From Dreissena polymorpha (Eukaryota), in the NCBI RefSeq assembly GCF_020536995.1, contig NC_068355.1, positions 63,216,738 through 63,280,737 of the forward strand: a stretch of DNA of 64,000 nucleotides, given 5' to 3'. The notes beneath the pieces are model-generated. The model was not told where the DNA came from and did not search any database. It saw nothing but the letters and a program-made list of their open reading frames with translations. Of this stretch, positions 14,195 through 25,213 are shown piece by piece. The position numbers were made by a program, and so were the translations under genes. Every line of letters starts with the position of its first letter. Positions within the stretch are counted from its first letter, which is position 1.

Positions 14195-14615
14195 TGGTTG
14201 AAGGTTATTACAGATTCCACTGAAGCATAGTAAAATAATGGATAAATAATCAATATTTCTATAAATGTGTGATCTTTGATGTGTGACCTTTACATTGGTC
14301 AAAAACACATTTTTTGCACTGCCTGATAATTGAAAACAATAACATCAGGACATTTTGAGAATCCATCTAAGTATGGAAGAATCCTTACCAAATAAAGCAT
14401 ATTTAATCAAAATGTGTTTTTTGACCTTTGTGTGTGACTTTGACCATGACCCTAGAAACCTGAATCTTATATTTGACACTCAGTGAGAACAATTGTGGAC
14501 AGTTATAACAGAATCCCTTGATGCATAGTAAAGGAATGATTAAATAATTAATAATTCATCAAATTTGTGACCGATGACCCCAATGTGTGACCTTGACCTT
14601 AGTCCCTAGGATTAT
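14195..14615. repeat. Two copies of a ~110-bp repeat (cagaatcc..tgatgcatagtaaa..aatgattaaataat.aataat...gtgac..tgacc)
   Basis: 14200-14310 aligns with 14500-14615. Confidence 0.4.
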
Positions 14616-14719
14616 GGGTGTTGAATGTGAAGCACCCCCAGATGATGTAGAACAACTATGGCAAGTTTCTGGCTCTGGTTCATGTGATTATTGAGATAAA
14701 GCTGTTAACAAGAGATGTG

Positions 14720-15172
14720 TTTGTCAGAACACAATGCCCCCTATTGCGCCGCTTTGAAGCCATAACTTTGACCTTTGACCTTGAATGAAGACCTTGACGT
14801 TTAGCCACTCAAAATGTGCAGCTCCATGAGATACACAGGCATGCCAAATATTAAGTTGCTATCTTCAATATTCGAAAAGTTATGACCAAACTTTAACGAA
14901 GGTTAAAAATTTAGGAACAAATAAATACAATGATATTTTACCTTTGACCTTGAAGGATAACCTTGACCTTGACTTTTCACCACTCTAAATGCGCAGCTCC
15001 ATGAGATACACATGCATTCCAAATATGTTGCTATCTTCAATATTGCAAAAGTTATAAAAGTTTAACCAAGGTTAAAGTTTTGTGACACACACATACAAAG
15101 ACAGACAGACAGATAGACAGAAAGGCCCAAAACAATATGCCCCAGATCTTTCGATCCGGGGGAATAAAAAGC
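14720..15172 (+). mobile_element. Helentron/HINE-like element: 2 x ~165-bp core (ataactttgacctttgaccttgaa...gcagctccatgagatacaca.gcat.ccaaatat), (GACA)n tail and a terminal hairpin
   Basis: Core copies at 14757-14925 and 14925-15075. The tail is gacacacacatacaaagacagacagacagatagacag. The hairpin ccccagatctttcgatccggggg lies at 15140-15162. A reverse-complement copy of the same family lies at 62462-62720. Confidence 0.5.
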
Positions 15173-15412
15173 ATTTTTTCATGAAACAAAGGGCCATAAC
15201 TCTGTTATTAACAGCTCGTGTGCAATTCCTTTTGGCGTGCATCATCCTCTTATCCAGATATATACACGTTTTCTCATACCAAGTTTCAATGAAATCTGCC
15301 AAAGCACTTCCAAGATATGGCTCCGGACACAAAAGTGCCGGACGGATTGAAAGACGGACAGACAAGGCCAAAACAATATCCATCCGCCTATGGCGGGGAT
15401 AATAATAAAATG
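15163..15412 (+). mobile_element. Adjacent single-core Helentron/HINE-like element: core with ccataactctg, (GACA) tail, hairpin ccgcctatggcgg, then ataataataaa
   Basis: It has the same architecture as 8490-9360 and shares the ccataactctg and tttcaatgaaatc core motifs. The hairpin is at 15384-15396. It sits directly after 14720-15172, so the two are tandem or nested. Confidence 0.45.
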
Positions 15413-18400
15413 TAATACAGAACACAAAAGAAAGAAAATTTGTCCACATTGGGCTCAAGCCAGTGCTGTTTGGATTAAAAAGCTGATACCTCCACCACTT
15501 GTTAATTGTTTTTTAAATGATTGTCATCAAAAATAAGGTCAGATTAACTTAAGGTTTTTACTTCGCGAAAAAGTGGCGACAACATCTGTGATTTAAAATA
15601 ACTGATTGAACAAATTTAAGTGAAAAAACAAAAACATTCAAAATTATTATGTTTGAAGTCATTAAATTGTATTTTCTTTGTATGCCTACCTCTTATATGT
15701 TAATAAACTCCCAGATGTACAGCATGTTTTTAGACATTGAATCTGTGACAACAAGTTGGAAAACTGGCATTTCCATTGTCTGTGAATAAGCCCTCCTTTA
15801 GTTTAACAATGACCTTTAGGCTTTAAAATTTAAGAATAGGAAAGTCATTATATGAAACAAGTCCTCTCAACACAGCTAGATAATTTGCTTTTAAATGCCT
15901 CTTATAGTAGTGTTAGAAGAATGATGAAGTTATAATCTGCAAGCGCTGTGCCATGCCAATATCTTGACCTTTATTATGTCCTTGATCTTTGAGCTAGGGA
16001 GACTGGCCTTGCAAGCAACACGATGTTACCGAATTGAGAACATTGGAGGTAAGTTATTTAACAGTGTCCCATGATTTTATTTTCAAAATAATCTTTGAAT
16101 TAGTCCCTTCAAATAGATTAAGCCTTCAAAATATTAACAACAGTGTGACCTTTCATGATACCATGCACAAACACTGGCCATTTAAATGGTGAACAAAAAC
16201 ACAACAGTGTAACTGGGAACTGACATACAAAAAAAAAATCTAACAATTTACAGACATAGAATAAGAAATGTACTGATATTCAAATTCTGTAAATAGCTAC
16301 CTTCATGAGGCTCTGGTTGAGATACTCCTTCGTCCGGCTGTATCTCAGCATCAGAAAAGCCAGCGTAGCGCCGCATTGCTGGGTCGGTAATGTCCATCTC
16401 AACACGGTCCAAATCCTGGTACTCATCACTGCTCTTTCTGAACTTTGCCAGTCGTGAAAACATTGTCCTTGTTGGAATTGCTTAGTTCACTTTTTTGCTT
16501 CAACACTCCGTTTTTTTCACTTGTATTATGTTGACAATTCCTTTATTACTTGTAACAGATTGAATGTTATTTTATGTTGATAAGCCCATTATATAATTCA
16601 ACAAATTGTTGCATGTTGGTTTTTTATTACATAAGTTGTCTTTACTGAGTCATAATTATGATCTGCAAACAGAGAGCAATACAAAATAATATAAAACAAG
16701 AGCACCGAATAACGGGTGCCATGCTCGGCTGCGAAAGCTTGTCAGATTTTTTTTTTAGAGGTCACAGCTACCTTGACCTTTGACCTAGTGACCCAAAAAT
16801 GGGTGTGGCATGTAGAACTCATCAAGGTGCATCTACATATGAAGTTTCAAAGTTGTAGGTGGAAGCACTTTGATTTTAGAGCCAATGTTAAGGTCTTAGC
16901 ACGACGCTTACAGCAGACGAGCTGGCTATGACAATACCTCTGGTTTTCTCCGGAAACAGCTGAGCTAATAACTTATAATCAAATTACCTGTTATACCAGC
17001 ATATTGTATTACTTGCTATGAAGATAAAAAACAATTGACATAAATTGATTGTATTGGGAGCCTCGGGAATGGGAGCAATTTTTTTTTATTGTACTTGATA
17101 ATTAATACCTGTATTTCATTTGGACCAATAAGAAATGACTTAAACCTTTAACACTCAGAGAGGCACTTTGACACCTTTAAAAGCCTCTTAGAAAATCAAA
17201 TTTTAATTAAAGACCTTTCTTACTAGATTCAAGTTTTAAATGCTTTATTTCCCAACCTAAAGTACTAATGAGCAGCAAACAGCATAAAACCTGCTTGCAA
17301 GCTGTTCTGGTTTTATGCTGTTTGCACACAGCCATATTCACTTTGCTTCTGAGTGGGAAAAGGTTAAGTGAATGACTTGAAGCATGCATAGTATACCAAC
17401 AAATATTGGACAAATTATTTGTTAATTAATATTTTCATTAGAAATAAATAAAGAGTTTTAATTAAATATACAAATTAATTACATACTGACATAATTAATT
17501 TATCTAAAATTAAATTAAATTCACTGTATTAGCATAGTGGCATTTGGTCAGCTTTGTTTAATTTGGCTACATACAGTTATTACTTTACTATTAATTTACT
17601 GTTTGAACAGACAGTCAGTCTTATGGACATGGTCTACTACAGATGAATACACAGTTATTTCACCTTTTTCCTATTATGTTTTTTTTGGATCAACCCAAGA
17701 GACACCAAGTACCGATGCTACCCTGGAAACTGACTTAAAGGTTTCAATAAGACATAGGCTTTCCATGCAATCAAGCTTTACTAAATAGGTTAAACTCAGG
17801 CCTTTTCAGCTCCATTTTGGGAAAATGCCACACTGGAATTTTTGGAATTTTGCGTCGTGAAAAACCCATTTTGGGAAAACAAATTAATCCCAAAACTGGC
17901 TCAATTGGGAAAAATAATCGCATGTAAATAGTGTTTCTTATATTTCAAAGTAGCCGTTAACTGGTAAATAACGACTATTTTGATAACATATTATTAAAAT
18001 TTTACAAAATATTATGAACATGTGTGATAAGTGCAGGGTTTTTATCTGATTTTGGGGAAAGAGCCTAACCTTTTTTAGTTAAAAAAATCATGCGAAACGC
18101 CGGATTTTGGGGAAAAAAAGGAAAGTCTTAAATAATCAATTTAACATATTTTACTGTTTTAAAAACAAATTCAAGGCAACAGATAATTTAATTATGCAAG
18201 ATTTTTTAATATTTTCTACACTGGATAAGGTTAACTTATATAGTTAAAGGTTTAATAAAAAAAAGTTTTGTTTTTTTTTGGAATTGGGATTTTTTTTTCA
18301 ATTGGGAAAAAACCTCAGATTTGCATTGGGAATGGGGCCGAATTTGGGACCCGTGGCATAGGGCGGAAAAGGCCCGAAACTAACGTTCTTTTCCTTAGAC

Positions 18401-19708
18401 TAAGGACCACAAAGCAAGAACCTAAAGGAGCAATCAGTATTATAAAAAAACAAGAGCTGTCTCCATAGGATGACATATGCCCCCACACTTCTATAGATGT
18501 TATGTTGTTTTGAGCTTTGATCCGCAAAATGATCAATTATTCAATGAGAACAGGAATTGTATTTTTAACAATAATTTAGGTTGATTAAATTCGATACAAT
18601 AGACAAACTTGAGACTTACATGGAATTTTTTTTTATCAAGAAGAACTTTGAGTTGTACTTATGTTCTTATAAAAGCTCAAAGCAACAAGAAGTATAATAT
18701 GCGTGAGCGGTTAACAGATGTGTCCTAAATAGTGTATCCGAATACAATGCACTATCCAAATGCTAACCATAACATGTATAGTGAGACAGTTTCCATAACG
18801 AATTGATATGAAATATACACAATTGATAATAATCGCCATGGTATCGAATAGTTCAAAGTTGTTCATTAAGAATTGCAACTTACATGTTAAAAGTAAACTT
18901 TGTTGTCAAATAGGACCGTGGATGTCCGTACTTTACACATCACAATAAATTACAATCTCCTACGCAGTGGTCTCCCTTATACTAGAAGAGACCTCTGCCC
19001 ATTCTATACATAGATGGTGACGTCACTACGTTATTGTCAGTAAAGACCGGTGTGACACAATGGACCTCTGCCTCCACAGGTTGTTCACGTTGGTCCATAT
19101 TTTGGACCAACGTGATTCCAAAATATTTTACTGGTTGAAAATATATTTTTAGGTACGCACTTTGTAAAAAGTTTGTTTATGTAAAAAAATGAAGGTGGTT
19201 ATGTAAAACATAAAAAAATAAACAATATTGAAAAAATGAATTTCGTTTTCCCATGACGCGTAACGGTAATCAACATGGCGGACACATTGCAACGGGACTA
19301 TCGTTACCTATCTCGGTAAGTTTTATTTGTATGTTGTTTATGTATGCGATGCAAAATATCGTAAAAACATATGTCTAGCTAATGTTACATATTTTGCATT
19401 AAACCAACTGTTACTAAAATTTGTCTTGGGTTAATAATGATTTGTTTTTATTCAGTTGTTATGTGTCGCGTTGTATCAATTAAACTGTCAATGCTGTGAA
19501 TAGACTAAAGTAAGGTCAAAGCTCTCCCTGTAGTACAATGTAGTACACTATCCAGCGATGCACTGGTTAGAGATGCGAGTTCAAGTCTTGCCAGGGAATT
19601 GGCCTTCTTTAGTTACTTTTGATGCATTGAATAAGCAACGAAGAACATTTAAAAAAAAATTGTGTGATGATTATTTCCCTTAGTTTTCATTTTGACATTA
19701 AAATTAAA

Positions 19709-20196
19709 ATGTCTTCTGCAACAACATTACAACATATTTTAGATGCCGTTCAAATTTTTGACCCAAATGTTACACCCAAGACAAAACAAATTGAATGTTT
19801 GCAGACAATATTGTGTCATAAAGATGTAATTGTCAATTTACCTGTTGGCTATGGTAAAAGCCTTATTTATCAATGTTTGCCAATGCTTTTATCATCTGTA
19901 TCCAGTTCAACCAATGTAGTTGTTTTAGTTGTTTCTCCACTTACAATTATTCAACAAGATCAAATGCAGATTCTCGCTGAACATCACATTAAAGCTTTCC
20001 GTTTGCCTTTTGGTGATGAGTCTGTTGTCAGCAAAGATGATCAGCAAAAACTTTGTAAGGGAGAATATTCCATAGTCATGTGTCATCCTGAATCTTTACT
20101 TAATAATACCTGGGGAAAAGCTCTTCTGAGAAATGAAGACTTCACTAGCAAAGTTCATGCTGTCGTGATCGACGAGTGTCACATTGTAGAAGATTG
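19709..20196 (+). CDS. First coding exon of a RecQ-like DEAH-box DNA helicase (helicase ATP-binding domain, motifs I-II)
   Basis: Helicase motifs are LPVGYGKSLIYQCLP (motif I-like), VVVSPLTIIQQDQ (Ia-like) and VVIDECHIVEDW (DExH motif II, cf. RecQ DEAHCVSQWGHDFR). ATG at 19709 (alternative ATG at 19667). The exon ends at a strong GTATGT donor at 20197, phase 2. Downstream exons were not located. Confidence 0.6.
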
Positions 20197-21054
20197 GTAT
20201 GTAGTTTTTTTCAATTTAAAGTTTGTACAATTATATTTGATCGTGATACATCTGTGAACTGAAGTACCTCTGTTTGTTTTTTTTTGTATACAATTCTTAG
20301 TTAAATCAAGATGTTTAGTCACAATTCAATAATGCCTATGGTCTCGGATTCTGTACTACACGCCGGGTATGCGAATACTTCGTTTACGGATGGCACTTTA
20401 CTAACAGAGAACAACAAACGCCACGCGCTAGAGGTAAGTTCCTCTGTTTTATTTAAAGTTATATCCTAAAGATTAGTTTTTAAGACAAGACACATGGTCG
20501 AGTTGATAAATGGTGTATCCTTTTGTATTGGGAATACACAATTTCACGGAAGAATGGTACAGTTTTGCCCAAAAATAGAAAATTCGATCGGAAAACAGCA
20601 TAAACTGGATGAACAGTAAACATTTTAACAAAATAAAACTACTTAGAATTATTGCAAGAAATTGTTTGCTATTCCAGCATGTAGAGTAATCACTGTGCTT
20701 CAAATACTGAAATTTTGATAGCATTCAATGAAATATAAACAAAGATAGTGCATTTTGTAATAGGTGGCATACATAAAGTTGCAGCCACTTTGTTTACCGA
20801 TAAAGGGCACTTCAGATTACGGAGACTTTCAACAAAGCGGGCACTCTAATAACTGAGTTGTATCTTCTACCTCAAGTGCATTTATTTATATTATGGCTAT
20901 TCATACGAAACATTTTAAAAATATATATTTCAAAAATCACCTTACTATTAATTTATACTATGTTTATTATAATTGCAATTTTCAAATAAGATAATATTTA
21001 TTATTAAATAATGTGTACGGATAATGCGGATCAACACAATCGTGTTTAATTTTA

Positions 21055-21242
21055 CTTATAGCAGGGCTCTAGATAACGGTAGTGAAGGGGTCTTTATGAC
21101 GCAAATACACATTTGTTCTTCATAAAATCCTATGTCGGTTGTGCTTATTTGAATCGCATCATCAAGACGATACTTATGCGTAGCAACAAAATTAAAAAGA
21201 GAATGGTAAAACTCCCTGTATTTTGAGCCCTGCTTATAGGGA
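21055..21242. mobile_element. MITE-like element (~188 bp) with ~14-bp TIRs tatagcagggctc / gagccctgcttata
   Basis: Terminal inverted repeats read directly. No ORF. Confidence 0.35.
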
Positions 21243-22439
21243 GCACTTCCCTTTACGCAACGCTAACGTTTGCTCGAAGTGCGATTCACCTGACCCTAAA
21301 TCACTGTATTGGTTGAGTTTTAAGAATCACGGTTAAAATTAAATCGTAAAAACAACTGATTCTGGAAAAAAAAGGAATGCGTACATAAAATGTTTAAATG
21401 TCATATTATGGAGTCAGTACTTAGTATACCCACACAAACAAAGTTTAGGGTGCTATATTGGATAGAACTTCATATGCAGCATGTGTTGTGTTTATATTAA
21501 AACATAGACGGATATGCATAATTTTTACACCACTATCGTGTGATTAAATCAACCCCGCCCGTTCTTTTATTGCTATTTTCGTTTATTGGCATTGAGCCAA
21601 AGAGTTCCAATAGAATTTCGAACCTGCATCGCTGCTGATATTAATCTCTGAGAGGCAGTTTAAGCAGAGTGATTATTCATGACATGTTATCTAATATAAA
21701 AGAAAATAGCCTTAGTACCTTCATTTGGACATAAAGATAAATGCTTTAGATCAACCGCTTAGAACGTAATTTAAAATATATGGTCATATAGATTTTACTC
21801 ATTAGACATATCCAATTTGTTTAACATTTATCTTTCACATTTATACCAAATCATAATCATATTTCAAAGGGATAAGAACATGCTTCGGTAATTCGTTTTT
21901 TATTTGCGTACTAAGTACATACATTTTTATTTATTGCCTGCTTACTTTAACAGTATTCCACAGCGAATTCTGCATTTTTGATTCACACAAAACGAGTGCG
22001 TTATATCTGGAAAAAAGTGTCTAGATGTCGGGAAACGAAGTGCCATTGTTTTTTAGATGATCGGTAAACGAAGTGCAGATGAAAAATGTGCATGCGACTC
22101 TTAAAACATTTGAATTTTCTCAAATACATTAGTAAACTAAAATGTAACATGTTGTAACATTACTGGATATATTGATCTTTTATTTCGAACCATGGATATT
22201 TATCAACAGAAGTTTTGTTAACATTTCTTTTAGTTCAATATTGCAATTGTTCTGAAAAATTAGCACACAGGATGATGTTCATGCTAAATGTCTTATTTCA
22301 AAATCTTGCGGTTTCAGAGAAGATTTTTTAAGTATTTACTTAGCATTATGTAAAAAAGTGAAACCAAGGGCAATTATATAAATATATAAAAATAAATCAT
22401 TAAATAAAAAAATTAATTAATTAAAAATAAATAAATTGG

Positions 22440-22660
22440 GCTAATTTTGACCCCAGGTCAATTATTTGATCAATCTTTGTAGAGGCCAAATAAACAATGT
22501 TTAAACCAAATATCTCAGGGTAAGCCTGTGGTTTAAGTGCAGATTTTTTTAATTTTAACTACATACATACAGGGAAAATAACATTGGGCCCCTCTGCACA
22601 TTTGGCCCCAGGCTCGTAATTTGAACAATCTTTGTAGAGGCCCACTAGACATTAGTTCAT
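22440..22660. repeat. Two copies of a ~125-bp repeat (ttg.cccaggtc..taatttga.caatctttgtagaggcc)
   Basis: 22445-22500 aligns with 22590-22645. Confidence 0.4.
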
Positions 22661-24436
22661 GCCAAAAAAGTTAACTAGCGCACATTACACATTCACAGAC
22701 AGACGACAGACAACACTGTATCCAAAATGATCCTCATGAGCGCTATGTGCTCAGGTGAGCTACAAATAAAATAGGTACAGAAGTATGCAAATATGTAAAA
22801 ATAACAATTGTATGAAGTAGCAGAGGACTTCCTATTGCCATTCTGATTAAAATGTCATGCATAAAACTGTGCATATCCCCAATACCAATAGCTCATAGAG
22901 CTATTCTCACTATAAGGTAAGCTCACATGGCAATCAATGTAGTTTACCCTGACCATATAGTGGTGTGTTCAGCTTGACAGTAAAACATGAAATGTCTTAA
23001 TCCTATTACATGTACTTTGATTGCATAAACTTGAGCTCTTCATTTTTACATTTAAAGAGCATGATTTTCCAATCACTATTAAAAAAAAAATAATCATCAA
23101 ATATCATGTCATAGCAAATGATAAAGTTTTAAGGCAAAATTAAACTAGGTATTAGGATTGGGAAGTTTGAAACAAATGTAATAGCTTTCAGGTATAAAAG
23201 ATCTTTCATGCTTTTTGTGCAATAAATCACCCAAAATAACAGGATGAATAGATTTTATCTAATATAATTCATGCTTAACATTAATTGAAAATTTTAATAT
23301 TTGTTTACCTTTCTGACATTTCACTAATGATCTCCTTGATCAGATGTTCTCCATTCTCAAACAAGCTTTCAATGCTGCGATATCGAATAAGAACACTAGA
23401 CAAGGCAACATTTCTGGATGAAAGTAGGAAAACCTCATCCTCGATCTCCTTCAAAATCAGATCCTGAACAGCTTTTCGTAGCACCTAATTATAAACATAA
23501 TATTCTTTTATCAAATCTAAATTTAAGTATTATGTCACTTATAAAAATTTGATATAAAACAAAATGTTCATAATGACAAACAAACTCAAGACATGACTAA
23601 TTCTAAAATCCACTCATTATATGAATACTATAGTATTATTACATGTTAAAACTCTTACTAAATTAATTTCTTTATCATTAATTTATTGTTTTTAGAAAAT
23701 AAAACAACAAAATATTGCATGCATCATCTTAAGCCCCTATTGGGATATGAACCCAGATCTCTCTCCATTTGGATGGAAAGTATTCTCTCTTGAAACACAA
23801 GGGCAGAAATGAAGAATTCAGCAATTTTGGGCTGTCATATATTACACTTTTAAAATATTTACGAGAAAAATAGACTTATTGTATAAAACAAAGACCTATA
23901 GATAACTATATGTTATCTATAGGTCTTTGTATAAAATATGTAAATACAATCATTATATTTCAAAGTTTGGAACTTTTTAGGTAAATTATTTGTATATTTA
24001 TGCCAGGTTTAATTCATATTAAACTCATTTAGGAGGATAAAATATTTTTTTTAGTTTTGACAAGATTCTTGTCACTGAGCCCATTTCAGAGGTGTATGGT
24101 GAAGAAGGGACGAGAACTCTGCTTGTTTGCAATGTTTTCTGGAACTGTCTGAAAACAATGAACAAACCATGGACAATAACAGATGAATACTCATGCATAA
24201 TAATACTAAACAGTAAACTTATAAAGAATCATGCATTTCAACATAAATTTTAGATGCAATTATTTAAACTTATAATGCAACCCATTGTTTTAGTAATACT
24301 GGTAGTTTCTAATACCCTTCCTTATGTGTTATTATCACTATAATATGGTTGATTTAATATACATAATACAGTCATAATAATAACAATTCTTATCATACTG
24401 GCACTAGTGTGATCGAAAATGTCTGGTGTTTTAAAT

Positions 24437-25045
24437 TCATATTGAGTTATTTCCATGGCATAACAACATTGATAAGGGTAAGTAACGCCTATTATGAGTT
24501 GCATTATCGGGTCTTTTTTGTAACACCATTAGGACGCTTACAGAATTTGACTGAATATCAGCAACTACGGTCTCATCTTCTACTGGGTGACAATATTGAA
24601 ATCTTTTAGATGGTGTATTTAAACGAACATTCAAGGGTCTTGAATAATGATGATCGTCATTACTTTTTTCTTCATCATCAAGTACAGTTTCTGATTCAGA
24701 CTCACTTTCAGGTCCCAAATTTGTTTTCGGAGCCTTTACAGTTTTTTGTAACTGGGGAGTAATTGGACTGCTAGCCCCACGCTTTTCTGCGTTTTGAACG
24801 CCTTCATTAATGCTAAGTTTTTCTTTTATTAATTGTACAAATTCAAAAGAAGAGTTTATTTTCAGATGGCAAGACTTGCAGACACCAGACCTTTTATCAA
24901 TACAACGTTGAACATCGACTTGTACCAAACATGAAATTTTACTAATTAATGAAGATGAGTGAATTCCACTATATAAATTAAAATGCTGGGTTTTGCTACA
25001 CAATAAACACGGATTTTTCACAATGTTCGTCTGCGTCTCCGCCAT
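24437..25045 (-). CDS. ORF/possible exon with an N-terminal Cys-rich zinc-binding motif (ZAD- or THAP-like: C-x2-C-x41-C-x2-C-H)
   Basis: 202-aa ORF MAETQTNIVKNPCLLCSKTQHF...VCKSCHLKI with an acidic/Ser-rich middle. The true 3' boundary (splice donor) was not determined. Confidence 0.3.
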   Translation of the reverse strand: MAETQTNIVKNPCLLCSKTQHFNLYSGIHSSSLISKISCLVQVDVQRCIDKRSGVCKSCHLKINSSFEFVQLIKEKLSINEGVQNAEKRGASSPITPQLQKTVKAPKTNLGPESESESETVLDDEEKSNDDHHYSRPLNVRLNTPSKRFQYCHPVEDETVVADIQSNSVSVLMVLQKRPDNATHNRRYLPLSMLLCHGNNSI

Positions 25046-25213
25046 TTTTGTTATTATTGTCCTGTTGTTGTTGTATGTAGATCACGTGATATTTGTGGTG
25101 GCAGTGGTTAATGACTGGGCGAATGCCCAAGGGAAGTAACTGCTGTGAGGAGTTTGAATAAATTAAAGGTCGCATGATCCTAATTTGTCTTGGGCTACAT
25201 GCTACGGGAATAA

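Noticed and set aside
12146-15458. ORFs 12146..12523, 13796..14059, 15072..15458, 15082..15402 and 62442..62660
   Set aside because: They lie within dispersed or tandem repeats and HINE-like elements. There is no coding signature.
16740-16930. Possible additional HINE-like core (gaccttgacctttgacct..)
   Set aside because: It shares only the short tgacctttgacc motif with the 14757-15075 cores and has no microsatellite or hairpin tail. Evidence is insufficient.
20290-20440. Putative second RecQ exon (acceptor at ~20300, donor GTAAGT at 20443)
   Set aside because: Translation contains stops or lacks the expected GHDFR helicase motif in the required phase.
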